Assembly (NCBI GenBank): GCA_958295945.1
Contig: OY282386.1
Location: 1,303,371-1,367,370, forward strand
Origin: Candidatus Poribacteria bacterium
GTDB lineage: Bacteria; Poribacteria; WGA-4E; WGA-3G
Length of the DNA stretch: 64,000 bases
Reading direction: 5' to 3'
Positions 38,601 through 48,290 of the stretch are shown here, piece after piece. The notes under the pieces were generated by a model, which saw nothing but the letters and a program-made list of their open reading frames with translations, made no database searches and had not been told where the DNA came from. Numbering within the stretch: the stretch's first letter is position 1; the number at the start of each line of letters is the position of its first letter. The translations under genes were made by a program, and so were the position numbers.

Positions 38601-38924
38601 CTTCTTGAAAAAGGTATATATCCAGAAACATCACTAAAATATGCCACACGTGCGATACAAGACAATGCGAAAATTAGCTATCACTTCCCACTGACACTTG
38701 GACGTGCGTATGTCGCGAATGATCGCTATGACGATGCACTGAGATATTTCAAATATGCGCTAAGTATTCTCTCTGCCAATGATTCATTGGATGATTATTG
38801 GAAAAAAGTCACCGATGCAAGCAAGAATGCAAACGACAAAGAACGTTACACACAAATGTTAGATGCGTTGAAAAATTCCATTCCACCAGAATACGCAAGT
38901 TCGGTGCAAATGTCTGCCGAATAA
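35652..38924 (+). CDS. Secreted TPR protein with an internal LamG-like domain
   Basis: Start placed at ATG 35652 after an AGGAGA RBS (track start 35607). Signal peptide, TPRs and a LamG domain at about 37480-38160. Confidence 0.85.
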   Translation: MTCSKLSFCFVIFMLITVGTFIAGLEAQDTEENNTPLQDFINEAQTLVRWNQLDEAIEIYERIVIAAPEDYTSLLELATLYSRTNQHESAAQTYGELLEFDTENITYQDGLVSSLQAAGKYDEALELAQSYIQSDPTVSKHYARLGRLYEVEGNEHAAIANYKKVIELATGDKQTYLKLAKLYFLNEDIDATEMALKNAILSPTSASARQGIERQLISFYRYHGNLGEKLQQAENDGTITFQMLKVLAEYYNKTGELDNAANAYKRALDMTTSSSEKVRIFAELFKVYIQLGDMDSVIEPYETEANLSINSKTLFYTSERITVTSARIAPIYKFETARDTLIGAFKSQDKLEVLKTYYEGKLHENDENPVARTILARIYWDERDYQKSAEMSEALGKADSNNVRYFYYAAAALKRNKQPELADEMLNQAKTALAACSEKDDPWFLGSLATICNENRMFEPALELSKSAIEMSENEKDSRILDTLHGILAKSYRETKQYEEALDIYQNMASIERNISVRNRANNAIREIIKEGKLYEKLIPEQLKNVEKSPNNPEMILELAESYEAIDNIKEAIVQYEKLAELEPERSYVYRKLGDLYQKVDREVEEVMEDNALSLDGDGSYVEIVDSEMIDNISEQVTISAWIKPTDFPNTCTTVLFKGNKRTPDHSHRQFALWLFDEGLAYFDASPNGLYIRWIASESESIQRNQWYHVAGTIDAKNDSIKLYLNGTEVRTSNFKGQRNLTKTTLPLRIGCSHEEEISEHASFAGLIDEVRVWNIARTENQIRSDMSKQLKGDEAGLVGYWKFDAETEGRVSDSSLNKNDGKLVGNAKLEPYTRPILASLKADNLTKAASYYEKAIELRPTTYQYYDRLAKLYMDQNQVSDAAYVYRRALDARFRQTTLETIIRAISELYIDEGQEDKLIAILEEVKPKMQESVVLHGLLGDLYKKIGDADKTEIVNAKWLKLREQEVNIQDTHYQRWFAEELLEKGIYPETSLKYATRAIQDNAKISYHFPLTLGRAYVANDRYDDALRYFKYALSILSANDSLDDYWKKVTDASKNANDKERYTQMLDALKNSIPPEYASSVQMSAE

Positions 38925-39166
38925 ATATCAACCTGAGTATAATTTGTATTTGAGATAACGAAATGAAATATCCAATAACACTTTTTCTGGTTCTTTCTAT
39001 AGTATTGAGTTGTTCATCAGTTGAATACGTTGATATACCTGATGATAACTTAGCTGCAGCGATACGTGACAATCTCGGATTATATCAAGACGACACTATT
39101 ACACGCCGTCAACTAAGTAAACTAACAAAACTATCTGGGCCACAAAGAAATATAAGAGGGTGTTAA

Positions 39167-39892
39167 CTAACTAATGATATTTGGTTGTCCTCCGCCGAGA
39201 TTTAAAATGTCAAACATGTCCGCATTGACACGGAACCGCGCAAACAAAGCAATCGTTAGGTCTACCATTTCCACGCTTTTGGAAACAATAATGGACTTAC
39301 GTTTGAACCTACCGAACCAATGCCGCATCTGACAGTTATTACGCTCAATACCGTGTGTCTCTGCTTTATCCTGAACATGTTTTGAAGGAGGTAGGATGGT
39401 TTCATAGACCTGCCACTTGTCAGTCCAATATCTCTTGACATTGAAAATAGCAAGGCGATTTGTCAGTTTTGTGAGGGTTTCTGCGTTGCGTCCACCGCAT
39501 TCCCAATCTATGAGGTGTCCCGTGTTTCTGTCCAATGCCTTCCATATCCAAAGTTTGTTTTTCTTGTTTTGGATGTAGTGCCACATCTCATCAAGTTCTA
39601 AACTAACAAGTGTGCCAGGTGTGAGCGCGGGTTTCGGTGCATGCTTTTTCGCAAAGGTGCGTATCCAGTTCAGCACAGCAGGGACAGAGACATCAAAAAG
39701 TTTTGAGATAGCATGCATTGAAATGCCATGGCAATATAAAAGCACAGACACCCTTTTATGCTCGGGTGGATGTCCTCGGGGTGTCGTGCGCGTCCATTGA
39801 TACCCACAAAGTTTACATTTATGGCGTTGGTTTTCGTTAACGAAACCATTTTTCACAAAGTCCTCATTTTGACATCTTGGACACTTATTCAT
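39167..39892 (-). CDS. IS1-family transposase, InsA-InsB in a single ORF
   Basis: Zinc ribbon CPRC...KNG...CKLC, an HTH, and DDE-region motifs ELDEMW, WIWKA, WTDKW and IERNN. AAGGAG RBS before ATG 39892. Confidence 0.9.
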   Translation of the reverse strand: MNKCPRCQNEDFVKNGFVNENQRHKCKLCGYQWTRTTPRGHPPEHKRVSVLLYCHGISMHAISKLFDVSVPAVLNWIRTFAKKHAPKPALTPGTLVSLELDEMWHYIQNKKNKLWIWKALDRNTGHLIDWECGGRNAETLTKLTNRLAIFNVKRYWTDKWQVYETILPPSKHVQDKAETHGIERNNCQMRHWFGRFKRKSIIVSKSVEMVDLTIALFARFRVNADMFDILNLGGGQPNIIS

Positions 39893-39974
39893 GATATTCT
39901 CCTTGTAAAGTGGTTGTTTTTGAAGAGAATACACATTATCAGCACATAAGTCAAGAAAAATCGTTTGATTTCTG

Positions 39975-40003
39975 TTGACACCTTTTGCCAAATATGTTAG
40001 CAT
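39975..40003 (+). promoter_or_regulatory. Outward-facing sigma70-type promoter inside the IS
   Basis: TTGACA-17 nt-TAGCAT with an extended TG. A divergent TTGACT-17-TATTCT on the minus strand (39954-39926) faces the transposase. Confidence 0.55.
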
Positions 40004-42508
40004 TTAAACAATTAGTTGTGATGCAACGCAGTTTAGAGGGACTGTGAGTTTTCGTATCATTATTTAGTTAACACCCTCAAATATAAAAGACATCAGTGGC
40101 TTGCAATATGCTAAACATTTAAGTGCTTTGGAACTCTATGGTAATCAAATCCAAGATATTTCTCCACTTGCAGATTTAAAGAAACTAACAAGGTTGAATC
40201 TGAGTAACAATAATATCACAGATATTTCTCCACTAAATGGGTTGAAAGAACTTACTTACTTATCACTTGAACAGAATCAAATCCACGACATTCAACCTAT
40301 TGAAAACCTGAGTAAACTCAAGTATCTATTTATTGAGCAGAATCCAATAAAAGACCTTTCGCAAGAACAACATCTTCCTGTTACCAATGCTGTTGAGAAC
40401 ACCACACTGCTACACCCATCGGTAAAAGTGAATCAATATGATACGCAGATTAGTCTACCCGATGGAGCCATAGCACGCCTTGGAAAAGGAGGTATCAACG
40501 TCTTACGCTTTTCTCCTGATGGAACGATGCTTGCGGTTGGCACTGATATAGGTTTGTGGTTATACGATAGGACATCAGGAGAAGCAAAACCTTTACAGGC
40601 AAATTCTCTTGGTCAGTCCAATGCCATAGCATTCTCGGCAAATGGACGTTTCTTGGCAAACGGGGGTTCTTCAAATCCTGTAATTCAATCGTGGGATCTG
40701 TCATCAGGTGAGAAACTTTCTGAAATTCCTTTACCAACATCAAGGACTATACATCTCATGAATAAAAGAGACGAAACGTTTCAAAAATCCGTAGCAGCTC
40801 TAACTTTTGCCAATAGCGGCAAAGGACTCATGAGTCTTAGTTATTCGGGGAAATTTAACTATTGGGATGTACTCAATGGCAAAGGATTATCTGAGCACGA
40901 TTCTAATTTTGATTATGAAGGTGTATTGGCACTCTCACAAGACGGTAGCAAATTTGCTTGTGGATATTGGAATGGAAAGATATGGACAGGAGATGCTACC
41001 ACAGGTAAACTAAAGAATAAACTCAACGGACATGGTAGAAGAATAAAGTTTCTTTCAAAGAATACAAAATATCGTCGTGTTCGTGCATTGGCATACTCAC
41101 CAGATTCTAGATTCTTAGCAAGCGGCAGTGAAGATAAAACAATAAAGATTTGGAGTACGAACAAATATAAAAAACACGCCACTCTCAAAGGGCATACAGG
41201 ATGGGTATCTGCACTCGCCTTTTCTGAAGATGGCAAATATATCGCCAGCGGGGACACGGAGAGCAATGTTCATCTTTGGGATGTCCATAAGAAACGAAGG
41301 ATTGCCATTTTCAAGGGACACACAAATGGTATCCTTGCTATGACGTTTTCCCCTGATGGAAAGACGCTTGCTACCGGCAGTGCTGATGGAACTATACGGT
41401 TTTGGGATGTCAACACTCAAAAAGCAGAATCCATCTTTACTACTGGACATACAGAATGGGTCAGAGATATATCATTTTCTCCTGATAGCACAAAGGTATC
41501 AATTGCACATTACAATGCAACAGCAGAAAGATGGGATATTAACACCTCACGTCAGCTGGATGTATTCAACAAGAATCCACAAAGAATCTCGTACGCAGTT
41601 GCATTATCACCCGACGGTTCACATCTTGCATGTCACGGTGTTGAAGGCAATATCGCTTTCAATGTTGATGGGTGGGACACAGTGATTGAGTATTATAATA
41701 GTGATAGAACTCGTCTATGGAGTCTTGATACCAAGAAAGAACTTCCATCTATTTCAGATGTGTTTGGAGACATGGCGTTTTCTCCTGACAACAAGATTCT
41801 TGCTTGTAAGAGTATACAGGATATATCACCGTGGCATAAAACCACAGATAGTGAAGTTGGAAGACGCTTAAGTATGGTAGTAGGGCGGAGTAAAGAGATT
41901 CTAATAACTGAAGTTAGGACAGGAACAGAATTACACCGTTTTCATGTGGGAAAACGTGGAGGACCGCTTAGTGGAGGAGGATTAAGAGAAAAAATATCAT
42001 TGATGTTCTCACCTGAGGGAAGCCTACTGGCAGCGGGAGGTATGATTTGGGATGTGGATACGTGGGAACAACTTCATAAATTCACATCAGAATACACCGC
42101 AATCATGGCAATTTCAAAAGACAGTCATACCCTTGCTGTCGAGAATAATGTAGTGACAGACAAAGATATCCAATTGTGGAATTTTTTTACACCGGATCAA
42201 CCACAGAGTTTAAATACTATTGATTTACCACCAACAATTGAAAATAGAGCCTTAACAATTTCACCTAATGGATCTATCCTCGTAGAATCTACAAAAATGG
42301 CTTGGGATACTTATGTTGAAGCTAACATATCATTATGGGATGTAAATACAGGTGAAAAATTGCTATCCCTTCCAGGACACACTGAACCGATTACAAAGTT
42401 GGAATTTTCTCACGATGGCAAAACGCTTGCAAGCGGATCTAAAGATGGCACTGTGCTTTTGTGGGACTGGAATAAGATTATAGCAAAAGTCAAACCAGAT
42501 GATAGATA

Positions 42509-44617
42509 ATGGAGAATAAATCAATGAAAACAAAACATCTGTTTTACATACTATTATTGTCGTTCTCAGTGATAGTCTATCCAGTTTTCGCACAAACAAA
42601 ATTAATGAGTGGACTACCCGATGATGCCATTGCACGACTTGGAAAAGGCGGTATCAATATTATACAATTTTCACCTGATGGTACGCATCTTGCTGTTGGA
42701 ACTGATATCGGTGTACGACTGTATAATGTTGCAACAAAACAAGGAATATCACTCCCCAACAGAATCGTTGGACAGATCAACACTATAGCCTTTTCAAAAG
42801 ATGGACGGATACTTGCTTGTGGTGGATATTTTAACCCTATAATTCAGTTATGGGATGTAGAGTTCAGAGTGGAACTTCCATCACTACAATCATCTAAACC
42901 CCAGGCTGCCATTGGGTGGGAACATTTTCCCATACATTCGGTCATCGCATTAGCTTTCTCAGAGAATGAAAGAACACTTATTGGTGTAGATTATGAAGGA
43001 CTGTTCACATACTGGGATATAAACTCACTACAGATAGAATCAGAACAGCGACAATATACCATTTTGGATATATACGCATCCACATTATCACAGGATGGAC
43101 GCACGTTCATTACTGGCAGAGAAAATGGTGAAATCTCACTTTGGAATACACAGACAGGGAACAGAGATGCAATTATCAAAGGACACAAACCATTTTTTAA
43201 AAGGTCAAAACACAATCCGCGCATACGTGCATTGGCATTCTCACCTGATGGAACCACATTTGCAAGTGGGAGCAAAGACATGACTGTGCGTATTTGGGAA
43301 ACAGAAAGCCGGAAAAGAAAAGCAACGCTGAAAGGTCATAAGGCTTGGGTCACTGCAATTGCTTTTTCCAAGAATGGAAATACCGTTGCCAGTGGTGATT
43401 CAAATGGACATATCAGGATTTGGGATACACGAAGAAAGCGTTTGAAGACAAAACTTGATAGTCATACAAATAGTATCATTTCGCTTGCATTCTCACCAGA
43501 TGGAAAAACATTTGCAAGTGGGAGTGCTGATGGAACGATCCAACTATGGGATACCAATTCCTATAAAGCACCTGTTACTTTGGATACCGATTATACAGAG
43601 TGGGTCAGAGCAGTAGCATTCTCACCTGACAATACAACTGTCTCTACAGCAATGTATAATAATACAGTGCAGAAATACGATGCGCAGACAGGAGACTTGT
43701 TATCCAATTTCAATAAAGCAAACCAACAGACAACATACTCAGTTGCAATATCACCTGATGCAAGTCTACTTGCCTGCCATCCGGTCCAAGGAAATATCGT
43801 TTTCAATACAAGGGAAAAATGGCACACGGAATATAGGTATCAGGGACACGAGAAAATCCAGGTGTGGGATTTAGATACAGGTCAAGAACTTCCTACAATA
43901 ATGAATGCTTTTGGTAGGATGGTATTTACCCCTGATAGTAATTATATCTCCAGTACTTCATCTGAAGGGGTTGAGGTATGGGTCTCTTGGACCTCCTTAG
44001 GATCTTATTCTCATGGAAGTGACGATGGAATCTATCTTTGGAATGTCCGAACTGGGGATAAGCTATATCATTTGGAACAAAAGGATATGTATGAATCCAA
44101 GTCTATGGCTATTTCTCCTGACGGGACTAAACTTGTTACACCCGGAAAGAGCCGCAGGTTTGGAACACTTATATGGAATATTGAGAAGTCTGATGAACCT
44201 ATTTCACTCGCTGAGGATGCTGATGCCGCGGCTTTTTCACCCGATGGTGCAATCCTTGCAACAACACGGAATTTTGATAAACATTTATGGGATACTGAAA
44301 CGGGGGAGATGTTGCGTAAAATTCGTCCCCGAGGACCGAATGCAGCGGAAGGGAGGACTATAACCTTCTCACCTGAAGGTTCATTAATCCTTGTTTCAAA
44401 AGTCGAACCTATAATGCCATTTCCTTCTGATTTCATTGAAATCATTGATGTGGATACTGGAGAAACTTTACGCTCCCTTCCTGGACATACAGAACCTATT
44501 GAAACATTGGTTTTCTCACATAATGGAAAAATCTTGGCAAGCGGATCTAAAGATGGCACTGTGCTTTTGTGGGACTGGAATAAAATCTTAGCAAAAATCA
44601 AACCAGATGATAGATAA
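42509..44617 (+). CDS. Secreted WD40-repeat protein
   Basis: Signal peptide (alternative start at ATG 42524 with a GGAG RBS), LPDDAIARLGKG start motif and repeated GH...AFSPDG...ASGS.D...WD units. It is a paralog of the upstream gene. Confidence 0.9.
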   Translation: MENKSMKTKHLFYILLLSFSVIVYPVFAQTKLMSGLPDDAIARLGKGGINIIQFSPDGTHLAVGTDIGVRLYNVATKQGISLPNRIVGQINTIAFSKDGRILACGGYFNPIIQLWDVEFRVELPSLQSSKPQAAIGWEHFPIHSVIALAFSENERTLIGVDYEGLFTYWDINSLQIESEQRQYTILDIYASTLSQDGRTFITGRENGEISLWNTQTGNRDAIIKGHKPFFKRSKHNPRIRALAFSPDGTTFASGSKDMTVRIWETESRKRKATLKGHKAWVTAIAFSKNGNTVASGDSNGHIRIWDTRRKRLKTKLDSHTNSIISLAFSPDGKTFASGSADGTIQLWDTNSYKAPVTLDTDYTEWVRAVAFSPDNTTVSTAMYNNTVQKYDAQTGDLLSNFNKANQQTTYSVAISPDASLLACHPVQGNIVFNTREKWHTEYRYQGHEKIQVWDLDTGQELPTIMNAFGRMVFTPDSNYISSTSSEGVEVWVSWTSLGSYSHGSDDGIYLWNVRTGDKLYHLEQKDMYESKSMAISPDGTKLVTPGKSRRFGTLIWNIEKSDEPISLAEDADAAAFSPDGAILATTRNFDKHLWDTETGEMLRKIRPRGPNAAEGRTITFSPEGSLILVSKVEPIMPFPSDFIEIIDVDTGETLRSLPGHTEPIETLVFSHNGKILASGSKDGTVLLWDWNKILAKIKPDDR

Positions 44618-44635
44618 ACAAAATTGATTTAACCC

Positions 44636-44665
44636 TTGACATACTCAATATAAATGTAGTACACT
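44636..44665 (+). promoter_or_regulatory. Sigma70-type promoter for the MoxR locus
   Basis: TTGACA-18 nt-TACACT, followed by an AGGAGG RBS before ATG 44721. Confidence 0.55.
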
Positions 44666-44720
44666 ATTATCATACTCAAAATAATCAGCAATTGACGATA
44701 CTCCATAGGAGGTCTACTTC

Positions 44721-46193
44721 ATGCCGGAAAAGATGATTCTTGAAAAAATACGTCATGTCCGCCGTCGTTTGAATGTACAAGGTTATTTTCAAACCCTTGC
44801 AAAGTTCTTACTAATTGGACTATTAGTGTGTACTCCCGTAGTTATTGTTGATAGTTTAATAACCTCATTTAACATCCCACCGTATGCCTTTGCCTGTGTA
44901 GCGGTTGGAATTGCGTTAGTATCTTACATTGTCCGTCTCATTCGTCCTGTTGATCTACACGAAGCTGCCCGCGCGATTGATATTGACGGTTCCCTAAAGG
45001 ATCGCGTCGTCAGTGGATTAGAACAAATTGAACATAAATCGAATGAAACGTTGAGTGAACTGCAGTTAAAAGATACTACAGAAAGATTACAAGCAATCCC
45101 TTTGAAACAGGTAGCACGATATACAGTTCCCCGTGAAACCAAATATGTTGCGCTTGTAGCAATATTTGTCGTCGCATTCTCATTTGTAGAGTTTTTCGCA
45201 CCACCAGCAACTTCAACTGAAATAGACTATTCTCCGCAAATCGCTGCAGAAGCGGATGTCCTATTGAATACAATTGATGAAGCGAAAAAAGAAGCAGAAT
45301 TGAGTGAAGACGAGGAACTCAAAGAGATTCTGGAAGAGATTGAAAAACGAACTCAGGAATTGAAGAAGCCGCAAATTTCCCCGAAAGAAGCTCTAGCAAG
45401 AATGACCGAATTGACTGCGTTGTTGAAGACGAAGATTGATCCAATCAAAATGGCACAACAAGAAGCACTGATGAAAGGTCTTGGTCAACAGTTCATCGGA
45501 AATCCAATTCTCGGTGAATTCGGACAGAAGTTGAAAAAGGGTGACTATGATGAAGCTGCTGACAAACTTGACAAAGTGGCAAAGGACATTCCAAAGTTTG
45601 ACCAAGAGCAGAAACAAAACTTATCTGATGAACTCAAACGCGCAGGTAATAGTCTAAAAGACAGCGATCTCAGTGGACTTGGCGGACAACTATCTGGTGC
45701 AGGTGATGCTTTGGGAGACAATGATGGCGAAGGTGCACAGGGAAAACTAAGTGAATCCAGCAAAAGCATCCGTAATTTCGACCTTCTCAAAAATCGCAAC
45801 CAGAAGTTGGAAGATTTGTTGTGTGCGTGTGAGGAATGTAAAAACTGCATCGGCGCATGTTGCGGTGCTGGCAACGTTCCATCAAATTTGCTATCCAACA
45901 ATCCAAGTGATAAAGCGGGAACGAAGACATCTGAATCACAACAAGGTGAACTAACTTCACTGGATTCTACACTGAATCTTGAACAGTTGAAAGGTGTCCA
46001 AGGTGAAGGAGATTCTTCGGTTGAAACTACAAAGGCATCTGCTGAAGGACAAGAATCATCGCTCAGTTACAAAGATGCTTATATGAAGTATCAGAAGTTA
46101 TCTGAGGATGCCATGACAGAAGAACAGATCCCTCTCAGCTACAAGTTCTATGTGAAACGTTATTTCAAATCCATCAAACCTGCAGAAGAGTAA
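44721..46193 (+). CDS. Membrane-anchored coiled-coil protein associated with MoxR loci, with a Cys-rich segment
   Basis: Three N-terminal TM segments, AARAIDIDGSLKDRVVS, a long coiled coil, CACEECKNCIGACC and a C-terminal IPLSYKFYVKRYF. Confidence 0.7.
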   Translation: MPEKMILEKIRHVRRRLNVQGYFQTLAKFLLIGLLVCTPVVIVDSLITSFNIPPYAFACVAVGIALVSYIVRLIRPVDLHEAARAIDIDGSLKDRVVSGLEQIEHKSNETLSELQLKDTTERLQAIPLKQVARYTVPRETKYVALVAIFVVAFSFVEFFAPPATSTEIDYSPQIAAEADVLLNTIDEAKKEAELSEDEELKEILEEIEKRTQELKKPQISPKEALARMTELTALLKTKIDPIKMAQQEALMKGLGQQFIGNPILGEFGQKLKKGDYDEAADKLDKVAKDIPKFDQEQKQNLSDELKRAGNSLKDSDLSGLGGQLSGAGDALGDNDGEGAQGKLSESSKSIRNFDLLKNRNQKLEDLLCACEECKNCIGACCGAGNVPSNLLSNNPSDKAGTKTSESQQGELTSLDSTLNLEQLKGVQGEGDSSVETTKASAEGQESSLSYKDAYMKYQKLSEDAMTEEQIPLSYKFYVKRYFKSIKPAEE

Positions 46194-46208
46194 ACTGAGT
46201 CCTCATGC

Positions 46209-46247
46209 TAAATCACCGCAGAGATGTCCTATCTTTGCGGTGATTTA
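46209..46247. terminator. Strong intergenic hairpin (terminator or mRNA-stabilising stem)
   Basis: TAAATCACCGCAGAGAT-GTCCT-ATCTTTGCGGTGATTTA, a 17-bp stem with one G-T pair and no long U tract. Confidence 0.45.
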
Positions 46248-46278
46248 ATGCCTACGCACTGCTACCGTAAGGTGAAAT

Positions 46279-47262
46279 ATGTCCGAACAAGTAGAACAGA
46301 AACATGATGAATTTCGAGAGACATTTTTAAAAATACAAGAAGAGATTTCAAAACGTATCGTTGGTCAAAAAGAGATAATTGAAGGTGTCCTCATCTGCTT
46401 GATGACAGGAGGACACGCACTCTTAGAAGGCGTGCCCGGTTTAGGAAAAACGCTACTCATCAGCACACTCAAGGAAGTTCTTGATCTTGAGTATCAAAGA
46501 ATACAGTTCACACCTGACCTGATGCCTGCTGACATCGTTGGAACGACCATCGTCGCAGAAGATGAGAACAGACAGAAGTTTTTTGAATTCCAACCTGGAC
46601 CCATATTCGCTAACCTCGTCCTTGCCGATGAAATCAATCGAGCAACCCCAAAAACACAATCCGCTTTGTTAGAGGCAATGCAAGAGAAGTCTGTCACCGT
46701 TGCGGGACAGCACCGTCCGCTTGACTTACCATTCTTCGTAATGGCAACCCAAAACCCGTTAGAAATGGAAGGCACATATCCGCTACCTGAAGCACAACTT
46801 GACCGTTTCTTTTTCAAGTTGAAGGTAGAGTTTCCCTCTCTTGACGAACTTGATTTAGTTATGGAACGCACAACAAAACGGGAAATGCCAACTGTTGGGA
46901 AGGTATGTGATGGCAAGCAGATAAACGAACTGGAACAGATTGTGCGGGACATTCTCGTCGCAGAAGATGTACGAAGATATGCCTTGCGGATTGTTCTCGG
47001 CACACATCCCGAAACCGATGATGCACCGGAAAAGACAAAGCAATATGTTCGGTACGGTTCAAGTCCTCGTGGCGCACAAGCACTGATTCTTGCAAGTAAG
47101 GTGCGTGCAATTCTCGACAGTCGGTACAACGTCGCGCGTGAAGACATTCAAGCGGTTGCATTACCAAGTCTGCGTCATCGCCTCATCCTGAGTTTTGAAG
47201 GTGAAGCGGAAGGTATTGACCCCGACGAAATCATTCTACATCTGTTAGAAGTAATCGATTGA
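46279..47262 (+). CDS. moxR: MoxR-family AAA+ ATPase
   Basis: GHALLEGVPGLGKT, RIQFTPDLMPADI, LADEINRATPKTQSALLEAMQE, ATQNPLEMEGTYPLPEAQLDRF and YGSSPR. Confidence 0.95.
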   Translation: MSEQVEQKHDEFRETFLKIQEEISKRIVGQKEIIEGVLICLMTGGHALLEGVPGLGKTLLISTLKEVLDLEYQRIQFTPDLMPADIVGTTIVAEDENRQKFFEFQPGPIFANLVLADEINRATPKTQSALLEAMQEKSVTVAGQHRPLDLPFFVMATQNPLEMEGTYPLPEAQLDRFFFKLKVEFPSLDELDLVMERTTKREMPTVGKVCDGKQINELEQIVRDILVAEDVRRYALRIVLGTHPETDDAPEKTKQYVRYGSSPRGAQALILASKVRAILDSRYNVAREDIQAVALPSLRHRLILSFEGEAEGIDPDEIILHLLEVID

Positions 47263-47355
47263 AGATTTAGAAAAATCTGATTGCTTAATCCTGTTTATCT
47301 CTCACCTACACACAAGAAAACCTGTCCTAATCCTTGATATTACTGAGGTCTTCTT

Positions 47356-48246
47356 ATGCAAAACGATACACAATCCGCATTTGACAGTGAATTCCTAAAA
47401 AAACTAGAATATCTTTATATCGTCTCAAAGAAGATATTTTCAGGACGAATCAAAGCAGAAAGACGCAGCACAAGACGTGGGGTGAGCGTTGAATTTGCTG
47501 ATTATCGGAACTACACACCTGGCGATGATTTCCGTTATATCGATTGGAATGCGTTTGCAAGATTAGACGAACTTTTGCTAAAACTTTATGAGGAACGCGA
47601 AGACCTGCACATCTACTTCCTCGTAGATGTAAGTCAATCCATGACCTATGGTGAGTTGCCAAAACTGATATATGCCAAACGGGTGGCTGCTGCGCTTGCT
47701 TATATCGGTCTGTCAAATCTGGACCGTATCGGGATCACAGCATTCAACACAACGGACATGAATCGTTTGCCTACAGAACGTGGTAAAGCGAAAATCTTTA
47801 CCGTCCTGAATTTCCTGGATCAGATCAACGGTAGTGGAGAAACGGATATGGAACACGCATTCCAGAATTTTGTCCATCAGACAAAACGACGTGGGTTGGT
47901 TGTGTTGATATCCGACCTATTTGACCCCAAAGGATTCACTGCTGGTCTGAATATGCTAAAGTTTCAGAAACATGACCTTTTCGTCATACATATTATTGAT
48001 GAAAAGGAGGCAGAACCCAGTCTACTTGGTGACTACCACCTTGTTGATGTTGAAACAGATCAACTCCGACCTGTCACCATCAACGAAAATCACATTAAAC
48101 GTTACCAGGCTCTTTTCCAAAAATATTGTGATGACCTTGACCGATATTGTAGACAACGCGAGATTAGCCTCGTCCGGACGATGACAAAAGCACCTTTCGA
48201 AGAACTTATTCTGAGAATATTTCGTATGGGTGGTTTTGTGTCATAA
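47356..48246 (+). CDS. DUF58 domain protein (VWA-like MoxR partner)
   Basis: EFADYRNYTPGDDFRYIDWN, LVDVSQSM and VLISDL. Confidence 0.92.
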   Translation: MQNDTQSAFDSEFLKKLEYLYIVSKKIFSGRIKAERRSTRRGVSVEFADYRNYTPGDDFRYIDWNAFARLDELLLKLYEEREDLHIYFLVDVSQSMTYGELPKLIYAKRVAAALAYIGLSNLDRIGITAFNTTDMNRLPTERGKAKIFTVLNFLDQINGSGETDMEHAFQNFVHQTKRRGLVVLISDLFDPKGFTAGLNMLKFQKHDLFVIHIIDEKEAEPSLLGDYHLVDVETDQLRPVTINENHIKRYQALFQKYCDDLDRYCRQREISLVRTMTKAPFEELILRIFRMGGFVS

Positions 48247-48290
48247 CGGTTCAATTTTGATATAAGATTGTCCGTGAATATTATAGATAG

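Larger units (their letters stand above)
39156..40078 (-). mobile_element. IS1-family insertion sequence, 923 bp
   Basis: 24-bp TIRs GAGGGTGTTAACTAA(C/A)TAATGATA (23/24). 8-bp TSD AAATATAA at 39148-39155 and 40079-40086. Confidence 0.92.
38963..42509 (+). pseudogene. Lipoprotein with internalin-like LRRs and WD40 propellers, interrupted by an IS1-family element
   Basis: The 5' part has signal/lipobox VLSC and the LRR cap IPDDNLAAAIRDNLG. Removing the IS plus one TSD copy gives in-frame ...GPQRNIKDISGLQYAKHLSALELYGNQI..., an 871-aa product. The 3' part (40101-42509) is open. Confidence 0.88.
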
